Origin: a virus
IMG/VR virus record: IMGVR_UViG_3300025151_000031
Coordinates: 3,299 to 67,298 of that record
Direction: 5' to 3' (one strand)
DNA: 64,000 nucleotides
A model generated the notes under the pieces. The model was not told the origin of the DNA. It worked only from the letters and a program-made list of their open reading frames with translations, and did no database searches. The first letter of the stretch is position 1; the number at the start of each line of letters is the position of its first letter. Positions 36,638-46,002 of this stretch are shown here, piece after piece. A program made the position numbers and the translations under genes.

Positions 36638-36743
36638 AAATTATGTAGTTTCAGAATACATGAAATATCCATTCCATATAGTAGTAATACAGGATAAAAA
36701 AGGTAAACTTATAAATATAGAAGTTAGTGAGTATGACGAATAA
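36618..36743 (+). CDS. Possible 41-aa protein (not in ORF track)
   Basis: TTG-started frame LRSILYKNY...VSEYDE overlaps both neighbours and fills the gap. Confidence 0.3.
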   Translation: MRSILYKNYVVSEYMKYPFHIVVIQDKKGKLINIEVSEYDE

Positions 36744-37197
36744 AAAGAAAATGCCAAGTATATTTACTATGGCTAAAAATTTTGCAAAAGATTTAGGAAA
36801 GTATATAAAAGAAGGTGCACCAAATGTAAGCGCTAAACAATATACAGAAAGATTAGAGGCTTGTAATACATGTCCAAATCTAAATAAAAAACATATGAGA
36901 TGTGTTTTATGTGGATGTTTAGTAGAGCATAAAGCAAAATGGAAAACAACAACTTGTCCAGATAAGCCTTCACGATGGAAACATTTATATGTAGATATAG
37001 CTAAATTAAAAAGATCTAATGCGCAAAAAGCTGTAGAAATAAATAAGGAATTACATGAGGCTGCAAAAAAAGGTGAATGGGATCCGCAAGATCCAGATAG
37101 TATAGCAGAAATGGCTAAAAAAATGGGATTAAAAGTGCAAACTGATAGTAAATGTAAAGATTGTGATAAAGAAGGAGAGAAAAAATCTAAGGAATAA
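36727..37197 (+). CDS. Cys-rich putative metal-binding protein (DUF6171-like)
   Basis: RLEACNTCP...RCVLCGC...KAKW...CP...RW. Confidence 0.65.
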   Translation: MSMTNKKKMPSIFTMAKNFAKDLGKYIKEGAPNVSAKQYTERLEACNTCPNLNKKHMRCVLCGCLVEHKAKWKTTTCPDKPSRWKHLYVDIAKLKRSNAQKAVEINKELHEAAKKGEWDPQDPDSIAEMAKKMGLKVQTDSKCKDCDKEGEKKSKE

Positions 37198-37600
37198 AAA
37201 ATATAAATATCCTAGTATTCTTAAAATGACTCTTAAAGATTTAAAGAGTTTTATTTTAAATTATATGCCGCATGCATTTGATGAAAGAAATATAAAGCAA
37301 ATAGTTTCTTCAGAAACTTATAATAAATATAAAGATTGTACATTTAAATACGATCATGAGAAATTTGGATATATAACATTAATAGAAGATTTAGAAGGTA
37401 AAAAAAGAATCAATCATAATTATATGTTAAGTATATTTTTAATATTAAATTATGATGAAAAAAAGAAAGTAAATATAAAAGATTTGGGACCAGGAAATTA
37501 TAAAGGAGGAGAGTCCTATAAAAGATATGCGATGAATAAATCAATAAAACAACATAATGAAAGAAGACAAAAAAATAATAATACAAAAGTTAGCAACTAA
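37163..37600 (+). CDS. Hypothetical protein
   Basis: 145 aa overlapping its neighbours. Confidence 0.5.
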   Translation: MIKKERKNLRNKKYKYPSILKMTLKDLKSFILNYMPHAFDERNIKQIVSSETYNKYKDCTFKYDHEKFGYITLIEDLEGKKRINHNYMLSIFLILNYDEKKKVNIKDLGPGNYKGGESYKRYAMNKSIKQHNERRQKNNNTKVSN

Positions 37601-37781
37601 ATATAATCTTCCTCTTCAAGTAATTGAAAATATAATATCGCATCAATTTAAATTTGTTTCTAAAGTTATGTCTAAAGGAAAGTTTGAATCCATTAGATTA
37701 CCATATTTTGGAAAGTTTAGTGTTAATGAAAATAGATTAAAACATATAAAAGAAAAAAGTGGAACTACTAACAATAAGTGA
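37557..37781 (+). CDS. HU/IHF-like DNA-binding protein
   Basis: IIQKLATKYNLP...ESIRLPYFGKFSV; IHF-like genes precede the terminase in crAss-like phages. Confidence 0.8.
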   Translation: MKEDKKIIIQKLATKYNLPLQVIENIISHQFKFVSKVMSKGKFESIRLPYFGKFSVNENRLKHIKEKSGTTNNK

Positions 37782-38271
37782 TAATAAAGTAATACCTTCT
37801 GCGTATACATTAACTATACCAGAATTTAAAGATTTAAAAATAGAAGAATTAGCTTATATATTTTATATGGTTGATCATAGATCTCCATTTTCTGTTTATG
37901 ATGAAGAAAGAAGAAAAGAAGAAGTTGTAAAAAGTGTTTTTAAAAATACAAATACAAAAAAACTTAAGTGGAGCAAAATTAATGCAGGATGTGATAGATA
38001 TAAAGAATTAACAGAGACTTCAGCTGTTAAATTATTAAAATCAGCTAGAGCTTCTGTAACTAAGTTAGAAAAATATTTTAGAGATATAGATCTAGCATTA
38101 GTAGATGATAATGGAAAACCAATATATTCTGCTAAAGACCTAGTAGCAAACTTGTCAAAAATGGGTGATGTAATAGCTGGATTATCTAAATTAGAAGATC
38201 TAGTTAGAAAAGAGGAGCAAGTAAATAATGCTAATAGAGGAGGGGTAATAACAAATAAATATAGTCAATAA
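37759..38271 (+). CDS. crAss-like protein upstream of terL (possible small terminase)
   Basis: ELAYIFYMVDHRSPF...DDNGKPIYSAKD; synteny. Confidence 0.55.
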   Translation: MELLTISDNKVIPSAYTLTIPEFKDLKIEELAYIFYMVDHRSPFSVYDEERRKEEVVKSVFKNTNTKKLKWSKINAGCDRYKELTETSAVKLLKSARASVTKLEKYFRDIDLALVDDNGKPIYSAKDLVANLSKMGDVIAGLSKLEDLVRKEEQVNNANRGGVITNKYSQ

Positions 38272-38281
38272 ATAAAAAATT

Positions 38282-38452
38282 ATGAAAATAGATTGGATAA
38301 ATTCTTGGAAAAGTGGTAGAAAAAGTAATATCTTTGAAGTTACTTTAAGGTTAGGACAACTAACTATACTTGAAATTTACATTAATCCTGATGTAAAAGA
38401 AAGCAGGTTTATGATATTAAATTTTGGGTTTGAACTTTGGAAAGATAAATAA
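38282..38452 (+). CDS. Hypothetical 56-aa protein (not in ORF track)
   Basis: MKIDWINSWKSGRK...RFMILNFGFELWKDK fills the gap and ends 1 nt before the next ATG. Confidence 0.6.
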   Translation: MKIDWINSWKSGRKSNIFEVTLRLGQLTILEIYINPDVKESRFMILNFGFELWKDK

Positions 38453-38453
38453 C

Positions 38454-38825
38454 ATGTATACGTATAACGCAAAATGTACAAGAGTAGTAGACGGAGATAC
38501 TATTGATGCTGAAATAGATCTAGGTTTTGATGTTAAAATTAAAAAAAGAATTAGATTAGCTGGTATAAATGCTCCTGAATCTCGAACTAGAAATAAAGTT
38601 GAAAAGAAACTTGGATTAGCAGCAAAAGAAAAATTAACAGAAATGTTAGATGGTGCAGCTAATTGTTTTGAACTAGAATCGCAAGAGTTAGGTAAATATG
38701 GTAGAGTTCTTGGAAAATTACATATAGATAAAATCTCAGGAAAAGATGTAATAACCAAAGTTTGTGTAAATGACGAATTAGTAAAACAAGGTTATGCAAC
38801 AGAATATGATGGGGGAAAACGATGA
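38454..38825 (+). CDS. Thermonuclease (SNase-like)
   Basis: RVVDGDTID...RIRLAGINAPE...GKYGRVLG...VNDELVKQGYA; likely start ATG 38454. Confidence 0.9.
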   Translation: MYTYNAKCTRVVDGDTIDAEIDLGFDVKIKKRIRLAGINAPESRTRNKVEKKLGLAAKEKLTEMLDGAANCFELESQELGKYGRVLGKLHIDKISGKDVITKVCVNDELVKQGYATEYDGGKR

Positions 38826-39102
38826 TATGGAATTTTTGAAAGATATAGAAATGTATAATGAATCCATGGACAATGCTTATCTTATAATCACAAAAGAAAA
38901 AACTTTTGATGATCTTTATTATGAGATGGAGGCAGGAATTCATGAAGCATTTTACTTACCTTTTGATCCTATAGCTCAGGATGGTCGAGATAATGGTACA
39001 ATAGATCTTCTAATAGAACACTTTGAAGGAAGAGAAGATTATGAAAAATGTGCTAAATTAATTAAGATCAAACAGCTATGTTCAGAGACACAAACAGATT
39101 AA
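38794..39102 (+). CDS. Hypothetical protein with UVR-like C-terminal motif
   Basis: LIEHFEGREDYEKCAKL. Confidence 0.6.
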   Translation: MQQNMMGENDDMEFLKDIEMYNESMDNAYLIITKEKTFDDLYYEMEAGIHEAFYLPFDPIAQDGRDNGTIDLLIEHFEGREDYEKCAKLIKIKQLCSETQTD

Positions 39103-41042
39103 GACCTGCAGCTTTAAACTATATGAAGCACGGACATTATACGTCTGCTCTTCCTGGTACAAAAGATTACTATGAATACTGGGATGAAGAGAAAAAAAGA
39201 TGTTTGTATGGATTTAGTACAGGAGACATTGAAATTACAGGTAATCACTATTTTTATTTAAACTATTGTCCCATTGACAGATCTGTTGATGAGGAACTTC
39301 CAGATGGTACAATTATAGCTAGACGTGAAAGAACATTTCCAGCATTTTATGACGGAGATCATAAATATTTTACAGCAGTAGATACAGCCAGAAGAACAGA
39401 TAAACATTTAGTAGTATTAAAAGCAAGACGTAAGGGATATTCTTATAAAGCTGCTGCTATGCTTGCACGTAATTATTTTTTAATTCGTAATAGTAAGAAT
39501 TTTGTATTTGCTGGACAAAAAGAATATTTAATTGGGGATGGTCTTCTATCTAAAGCTTGGGAAATACTTTCTTTTGTAGATGATAATACGGCTTGGACTC
39601 AACCGCGGTTAAGAGATAGAGAGATGATTAAAATGTCTGGATACAAGAAAAATGTTAATGGAGCAGATGTAGAATTAGGAATGAAATCTCAAATAATGGG
39701 AGTATCATTGAAAGATGCCCCAGATAAAGTAAGGGGTAAAGCTGGGGAGTTAATATTTTTTGAGGAAGCGGGTGCTTTTCCAGGATTATTAAAAGCTTGG
39801 GAGGTAACAATGCCTGTGATGCGTCAAGGTGCTAAAACTCTTGGAACCATGGTTGCATTTGGTACAGGTGGTACAGAAGGAGCAGATTTTGAAGGTATGG
39901 AAGAGTTATTTTACAATCCAGATTCTTATGATTGTTTAGCATTTGAAAATGAATGGGATGAAGGTGGTAGAGGAACTTATTGTGGATATTTTGTACCTAT
40001 CCAAGAAAACTTAGAAGGGTTTATAGATGATGATGGTAATTCAGACAGAGAAAAAGCTATCGAATTTGAAGAAGATAATAGAAATAAAAAGAAAGGGACA
40101 AATGATCCAAAAGCTTATGATCAATATATAGCAGAACATCCAAAAAATCCTAGAGAAGCAACCTTACAAGTATCATCTAATTTATTTGATATAGCATCTT
40201 TACAAGAACAATATAATAATGTTAGGGTAAATAAATTACAAGCTATAGGTACAAATGGAAAATTATATTATGATCATACTGGTAAAATACAATTTAAAGT
40301 AGATGGGGATTTAAAACCTATATCTAGATTTCCACATAGAAAAGAAGATAATTTACAAGGGGCTATTGTTATATATGAATCTCCATATAAAACGCAAGAA
40401 CAACAAGTACCTATGAATATGTATTTAGTTTGTCATGACCCCTATGCACAATCTCAATCTGCAGATTCTTCATCTTTAGGATCAGCATATGTTATAAAAA
40501 GAGTTAATAATATATCTCAACCAGATGATTTAATAGTTGCAAGTTATGTAGCACGTCCTCATTCTCAAGATGAATTTAATAAAAATCTTTTTATGTTAGC
40601 AGATTATTATAATGCTAAAATAGGATTTGAGAATGATCGAGGAGAAGTAATTGCGTATGCGAGAAGGCATAGAAAATTACATAGATTACAGGAAGAATTT
40701 GAAATGTTAGATAAAAAAGATCTTAGATCTAGAACAGTTAAGCGTCAATATGGTATGCATATGACAGAACAAAGAAAAAGACAGGGGGAAATATATATAC
40801 GAGATTGGTTAAATACTGTAAGATCTACAGATGAAAATGGAAACAAGTTATTAAACATGCATAAAATATATGACTTGGGATTATTACAAGAATTAATTAA
40901 ATTTAATCATGATGGTAACTTTGACCGTGTAATGGCATTAATGGTTGGTATGTATCATACTAGAGAAATGTATAATGCTGAAGTTAAAGAAACATTAAGT
41001 GATAGAGCTGCAGACAAATGGTTTGCAGATAATTATGGATAG
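39078..41042 (+). CDS. terL: Terminase large subunit
   Basis: Walker A LKARRKGYS, Walker B IFFEEAG, FGTGG, nuclease HDPY and GNFDRVMA. Confidence 0.95.
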   Translation: MFRDTNRLRPAALNYMKHGHYTSALPGTKDYYEYWDEEKKRCLYGFSTGDIEITGNHYFYLNYCPIDRSVDEELPDGTIIARRERTFPAFYDGDHKYFTAVDTARRTDKHLVVLKARRKGYSYKAAAMLARNYFLIRNSKNFVFAGQKEYLIGDGLLSKAWEILSFVDDNTAWTQPRLRDREMIKMSGYKKNVNGADVELGMKSQIMGVSLKDAPDKVRGKAGELIFFEEAGAFPGLLKAWEVTMPVMRQGAKTLGTMVAFGTGGTEGADFEGMEELFYNPDSYDCLAFENEWDEGGRGTYCGYFVPIQENLEGFIDDDGNSDREKAIEFEEDNRNKKKGTNDPKAYDQYIAEHPKNPREATLQVSSNLFDIASLQEQYNNVRVNKLQAIGTNGKLYYDHTGKIQFKVDGDLKPISRFPHRKEDNLQGAIVIYESPYKTQEQQVPMNMYLVCHDPYAQSQSADSSSLGSAYVIKRVNNISQPDDLIVASYVARPHSQDEFNKNLFMLADYYNAKIGFENDRGEVIAYARRHRKLHRLQEEFEMLDKKDLRSRTVKRQYGMHMTEQRKRQGEIYIRDWLNTVRSTDENGNKLLNMHKIYDLGLLQELIKFNHDGNFDRVMALMVGMYHTREMYNAEVKETLSDRAADKWFADNYG

Positions 41043-41115
41043 GGGGTGACAGGTTTGCCACTTGCTAGGTGATGTACCCAGCTTTGGAACGTGAGTTCGA
41101 GTCTCACCACCTCCA
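41042..41115 (+). ncRNA. tmRNA-TLD-like / D-armless tRNA-like RNA with G3:U70 alanine identity
   Basis: Acceptor GGGGGTG/CACCTCC with G3:U70 and A73; T-arm GTGAG-TTCGAGT-CTCAC; no D-stem; only 42 nt between the acceptor 5' strand and the T-arm. Confidence 0.75.
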
Positions 41116-41116
41116 C

Positions 41117-41189
41117 AAGTGTTATATAAATAATATAACAGATAAAATTTAAAAATAAACTTTAATTTATAAAAATAATCTTATTTTTG
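41117..41189 (+). promoter_or_regulatory. Portal promoter: AAGTGTTATATA motif plus -7 element TATTTTTG
   Basis: Motif at 41117-41128 and TAnnTTTG at 41182-41189; same geometry at 44757/44822. Confidence 0.6.
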
Positions 41190-41214
41190 TACATAATAGG
41201 TTAATAAGATATAT

Positions 41215-43599
41215 ATGTATTTAGGATCAAACAAAATACCTCAACAACGAATTCCATTAAGTAAAAAAACTAAAAATTGGAGAAAAGAATGCGTAGAAGC
41301 ATATATAGATATCTCTAATTCTGGAGTTAGTGAAAGAAGAGATTGGCTAAAAAGCCTATATGACTATTATAACGGTGTAATCGATGAAGCAGATTATAGA
41401 TACGTACTTAAGCCTTACGGTAAAACAAGGCAAAACTTCCCCTCTAAAATGCGTAACTATCCTATTATCAAACCTATTATAGATTTGCTTCTCGGAGAAA
41501 AAGCCAAGAGGCCTATCAATTACACCGTTACCGTACAAAATGCTGATGCTCATACTATAAAAGAGCAAGCAAAAATGGATCTTTTAATGAAAAATTTCCA
41601 ACAGCAATTTATAAATGGGTTAAATGCGCAGGGAGTGGATACAGGTAGTCCAACCCAAGAAGTGGATATGCCTGCGCATGTTGCCCAAATGTTTGAAAAT
41701 ACCTATATAGATCAAAGAGCAATATTTGGACAACAGTCTATAAATTATATAATGCAACATCAGGAAATCTATGATAAATTACAAAAAGCATGGTTTCATT
41801 TTTTAGTTGCAGGAGAAGTTTATACTTATAGAGGTGTTCGTGATTTTGATCCTTATTATGAAATATTAAATCCTTTAGATGTAGATTATGATAAAGATCC
41901 AGATGTTGAATTTGTAGAAGATGGGGATTGGGCATTAGTTAGAAAATATGTTCATGCATCTACAATTATTGATCATTATAGAGAATATTTAACAGACGAA
42001 GAAATATTACAATTAGAAGAACCTGAAAATGCAAGTTTAGATTCTTATTTAACAATGTCTAGTAGAGTAGATGATAGAGATATATTTAGAGATAGATTAA
42101 TTGAAGTAATTAATGTATTTTGGAAAAGTAGAAAAAGAATAGGATTTTTAACTTATATTGATGAAGAGACTGGACAGATGGAAGAAATAGATGTAGATGA
42201 AAGTTTTAGAATGCCTGCGGAAATGAAAGAAATGGGAGCTAAAGTAGAATGGGAATGGGTTAATGAAATTTGGGAAGGAACAAGAATAGATGGAAAAACG
42301 TATGTAAAAATACAACCATACATAAATCAAAGAGCTTCTTTAGAAAACCCATCTAAATGTAAACTTCCAATTAATGGAAGAAAATACTCTGATCTCAATT
42401 CCAAAAACATTTCTCTAGTATCCCTAGGAATACCTTATCAATTAAATTACAATATCTATAAATATAGATTAGAATTAGCTATTGCTAAAAGTAAAGATAT
42501 AATTGCACAATTTGATATTAATATGATCCCAAAGAAATGGGATTTAGATAAATTTATGTACTATGTAGAAGGTACAGGTATTGCGTGGGTAGATTATAAT
42601 AAAGAAGGAATTCAATTATCTCCACAACATCAAGGAGTATTAGATTTATCAATAAAAACAATTGAGCAATATATAGTTCTTTTAGATTCTATTATGCAAG
42701 AATGGGAAAAAGTATCTGGAGTAAATAGACAAAGACAAGGACAGGTTGGAAGTTATGAAGGTAAGGCTACATCTCAACAAGCTATTGTACAATCTTCTCA
42801 TATTACAGAAGATGTATTTAGAAAGTTTTCAAGATTAGAACAAAGAGATTTACAAGCATTATTAGACTATTCCAAAGAAGCTTGGTTAACAGGAAAGAAG
42901 GGAATGTATGTTATGCCAGATGGAGCTAAAGAAATGTTTGCTTTAGATTCAGAAATGCATTTAGAAGCAGATTATGGAATATTTGTATCAGACTCAGGTA
43001 AAGATATTGAAAAATTAGATATCTTAAAACAACTTGCTCAGTCAATGGTACAAAATGGTCTTCCTGCTTCTACAGTTGCTGAAATGGTTGATGCAGATAA
43101 CTTTACTCAAATTAAAGATAAGATCAAAAAAGCTGAAAAATCTCAACAAGAATTAGCTCAAGCACAACAACAAGCAGAAGCACAACAGCAAGAAGCTCAA
43201 AGAGAATTAGAAAGGGAAAAGGTTGAAAATGATAATATGAATCAAGAAAAAGATAGACAAGTTAAAATTAGAGTTGCAGAAATTGCTGCTGAGGCTAAAT
43301 TGATGGACAACCAATTTAATCTTGAAAAATCAATGAGAGATGCAAATTTAAAAGATAGAGAAGCAGATTTAAAATCTAATGATCATTTAGAAAAAGTAAG
43401 ATCTAATCAAGCAAAAGAACAATTAATAAGAAGTGATCAAGATATAAGAGCTAAAAAAGATAAAGCAGATAGATCTCAAAAAAGAAAAGAAAAAGCAGAT
43501 GATAGAAAAGATAAAAGTGAAGAAAGAAAACTTAAAAAAGAAGATTTAAGATTAAAAGAAAAAAACATAGATAAACCAAAACCAAATGCCTCTAAGTAA
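41215..43599 (+). CDS. Portal protein
   Basis: 794 aa after terL; IPQQRIP..KK..W, NYPIIKP.IDLL.GE, SGVNRQRQG motifs and coiled-coil C-terminus typical of crAss portals. Confidence 0.9.
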   Translation: MYLGSNKIPQQRIPLSKKTKNWRKECVEAYIDISNSGVSERRDWLKSLYDYYNGVIDEADYRYVLKPYGKTRQNFPSKMRNYPIIKPIIDLLLGEKAKRPINYTVTVQNADAHTIKEQAKMDLLMKNFQQQFINGLNAQGVDTGSPTQEVDMPAHVAQMFENTYIDQRAIFGQQSINYIMQHQEIYDKLQKAWFHFLVAGEVYTYRGVRDFDPYYEILNPLDVDYDKDPDVEFVEDGDWALVRKYVHASTIIDHYREYLTDEEILQLEEPENASLDSYLTMSSRVDDRDIFRDRLIEVINVFWKSRKRIGFLTYIDEETGQMEEIDVDESFRMPAEMKEMGAKVEWEWVNEIWEGTRIDGKTYVKIQPYINQRASLENPSKCKLPINGRKYSDLNSKNISLVSLGIPYQLNYNIYKYRLELAIAKSKDIIAQFDINMIPKKWDLDKFMYYVEGTGIAWVDYNKEGIQLSPQHQGVLDLSIKTIEQYIVLLDSIMQEWEKVSGVNRQRQGQVGSYEGKATSQQAIVQSSHITEDVFRKFSRLEQRDLQALLDYSKEAWLTGKKGMYVMPDGAKEMFALDSEMHLEADYGIFVSDSGKDIEKLDILKQLAQSMVQNGLPASTVAEMVDADNFTQIKDKIKKAEKSQQELAQAQQQAEAQQQEAQRELEREKVENDNMNQEKDRQVKIRVAEIAAEAKLMDNQFNLEKSMRDANLKDREADLKSNDHLEKVRSNQAKEQLIRSDQDIRAKKDKADRSQKRKEKADDRKDKSEERKLKKEDLRLKEKNIDKPKPNASK

Positions 43600-44746
43600 C
43601 GAAGAACAAATGGAGATAATAAAGCAAGCTACTATGGAAGGATATCAAGGTAGTTTTACAGATCTCTTTAATCAAGCAGATCCAGAATTTAATATGCAAA
43701 TACCAGAAGGTCCTTCTATAGATCAAAGTCCTGTACAACATCAAGGAATGTCTCCAGGTGCTCCTCAACCTATATTAGAATCTCAGGTACCTACTTCTCA
43801 ATCCTTAGTTCAAAGCTATGAATCTGCACCTCCTGGTGAATCTCCATTAGGAGAATCAGTTTCTAGTGTAGTACATGAGCCTAGTGAATATAAAAGAGGA
43901 GGATATAAAGTATCAACTATGTTAGGAATAGAAGATAAAACCCCAGATCCAAATTCTTATATAAATAGTTATACAGATAATTATATAGATGTACAAACAG
44001 GAGCTATTAAAAGATATAGAACTGGGGGTGTTTTAGATGAAATAGGAAGAAGAGATATAGAAGAAGAAATAATATCAGGAAAACACAGAGGTAAAAGTAG
44101 AACAAATAAAGATCCTTTAGAATTTTTACAAAAATATCATACATCAGAAAGACATGCAAATATGATGAAAGACTCTGGATATAGACCTTATCAAATTCAA
44201 AATAGAACAAGATATATAGATTATAAAGGAGGACCAGAAATTAATTATATTGAAGGAAGTAAAACTAGTCATGCTAAACCTTATAAAAATATAATTAATA
44301 TAAATCCTTCAGCAGATAAAAAAATATTTGGTTCAGCTATTTACAATCCAAAAGAAGTAGAAGCACATGAAATTAGTCATTTATCTTTAAGAGAAAATTT
44401 AAATGATAATGATAAACAAGAAATTTTAGAACGTAATTATAAAGTTAAAGAAAAAGGACAATTAGCATTTAAAGACATGACGTTAGCAGCTCAAGAAGTT
44501 AAAGCAGATTTAGATGGTCTAAGATATTTATTATATACAGAAGGAATACATGATGCTTCAAAAGAAGAATTTTCAAAAGCAGATTTAGAAAAAGCTAAAA
44601 GAAAATTATGGAATAAAAGTATAACTCTAAGAAGATTGTTACATCAATATTCAGATGAGGATTTAGAATGGTTATTAAATAATATAGCTATGGATTCTCC
44701 AGATCCTGATAGTGAAGAAGAAGAAACAAGGGATGCTAGAGTATAA
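43586..44746 (+). CDS. Hypothetical virion/cargo protein with HExxH motif
   Basis: Pro/Ser-rich N-terminus, YKRGG and YRTGG motifs, EAHEISH with downstream EVKAD. Confidence 0.55.
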   Translation: MPLSNEEQMEIIKQATMEGYQGSFTDLFNQADPEFNMQIPEGPSIDQSPVQHQGMSPGAPQPILESQVPTSQSLVQSYESAPPGESPLGESVSSVVHEPSEYKRGGYKVSTMLGIEDKTPDPNSYINSYTDNYIDVQTGAIKRYRTGGVLDEIGRRDIEEEIISGKHRGKSRTNKDPLEFLQKYHTSERHANMMKDSGYRPYQIQNRTRYIDYKGGPEINYIEGSKTSHAKPYKNIININPSADKKIFGSAIYNPKEVEAHEISHLSLRENLNDNDKQEILERNYKVKEKGQLAFKDMTLAAQEVKADLDGLRYLLYTEGIHDASKEEFSKADLEKAKRKLWNKSITLRRLLHQYSDEDLEWLLNNIAMDSPDPDSEEEETRDARV

Positions 44747-44756
44747 ATAAAAAAAT

Positions 44757-44829
44757 AAGTGTTATATATTAAAGTGACACTCTAAAATAACTTTAATGAT
44801 AAAAAACTAATTAATATTAATTAAATTTG
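44757..44829 (+). promoter_or_regulatory. Capsid-operon promoter: AAGTGTTATATA motif plus -7 element TAAATTTG
   Basis: Motif at 44757-44768 and TAnnTTTG at 44822-44829. Confidence 0.6.
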
Positions 44830-44836
44830 TAAACCA

Positions 44837-45976
44837 ATGAGTACAGACGATAAAAAAATAAATATAGACGACATTACCTTTGACGATGTTATAGGTGATG
44901 GAATTGAGGAAGCTGTAGCAGTAGCTGAAGAACCTCAAGCTAAAGAACCAGAAAATGTTGAACAAACTACGACTGAAACTACAGAGACTTCTCTTGATGA
45001 TGATGCTAAAATTAAGCAGCAGGAAAATCAGAACGAAGGACAGGTTCTTGCGGAGACAACAATTGAAACTCCTCAAGAAACAAAAGTCGTTGAAGATGTT
45101 ATTGAACCTAAGGAAGAAACATCTGAGGAAGATACAGTAGTTGGTCAAGTATTATCAACTTTAGGATATGAAACTAAAGATGCTTATGATGATACTCCAG
45201 ATGGTTTAGTAGAAATGACAAAGGATATTGGGGCTCAAATTGCAGAAGAGCAATTAGAAGCTTTATTTAAAAAACATCCTTTAGTACAACAACATTTACA
45301 ATATGTAATGAGTGGGGGTCAAAGTCAAGATTTTATGGCTTTAAATGATCCCAGATCAGATTTTTCTAAAATAAATATAAAAGAAGATGATGTTCAATCT
45401 CAAAAATATGTTATTGGGGAATATTTTAAAATGAAAGGTCATGATGATGCTTTTATTAAAGAAATATTAGAGGATTATGAAGACAGTGGAAAATTAAAAG
45501 ACAAGTCTAAAGCTGCACATGAAGCTATAACAAAAGCCCAACAACAACATAAGCAACAAGTGTTACAACAACAAAAGTTGTATCAACAGAGAACTATTAA
45601 AGAAGAAAGAGATTTTTGGAATGGTGTTTTTGATACTATAGATAAATCCAAAGATTTCAAAGGTATAACAGTTCCTGAAAGAGAGAAGAGGAAATTTTTT
45701 GATTACCTCTCAAAACCTGTAACCAAGGAAGGTTACACACAAAGAGAATTAGATCATAACAAATCTGATATGGATGTGAAACTGGCGATAGATTATTTGA
45801 TGTTTAAAGGTTTTAACTTAGATAAGTTAATCAGTAAAAAAGCTAAAACTAAGAGTGTTAAATCTCTTAAGGATAGAATAAAAAGACATCAACAAACTAT
45901 CAAAAGCGCTAGGAAGACTCAAAGAACTCCTAGTAAATCCGTAGATATAGAAGACTTAGATCTAAATATCTTTTAA
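44837..45976 (+). CDS. Acidic crAss-like protein upstream of MCP (putative scaffold)
   Basis: Highly acidic N-terminus and helical core, directly upstream of MCP. Confidence 0.7.
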   Translation: MSTDDKKINIDDITFDDVIGDGIEEAVAVAEEPQAKEPENVEQTTTETTETSLDDDAKIKQQENQNEGQVLAETTIETPQETKVVEDVIEPKEETSEEDTVVGQVLSTLGYETKDAYDDTPDGLVEMTKDIGAQIAEEQLEALFKKHPLVQQHLQYVMSGGQSQDFMALNDPRSDFSKINIKEDDVQSQKYVIGEYFKMKGHDDAFIKEILEDYEDSGKLKDKSKAAHEAITKAQQQHKQQVLQQQKLYQQRTIKEERDFWNGVFDTIDKSKDFKGITVPEREKRKFFDYLSKPVTKEGYTQRELDHNKSDMDVKLAIDYLMFKGFNLDKLISKKAKTKSVKSLKDRIKRHQQTIKSARKTQRTPSKSVDIEDLDLNIF

Positions 45977-46002
45977 CCTATTAACTTTTAAATTAGATAA
46001 AA

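Noticed and set aside
32046-38452. Two small ORFs on opposite strands both ending WKDK-stop (shared 15-mer)
   Set aside because: AT-rich, with no further similarity; probably chance.
41042-41115. attP copy of the host ssrA 3' end, or a canonical tRNA-Ala
   Set aside because: Both acceptor strands are present and paired, no integrase is seen, and there is no D-stem or well-formed UGC anticodon arm.
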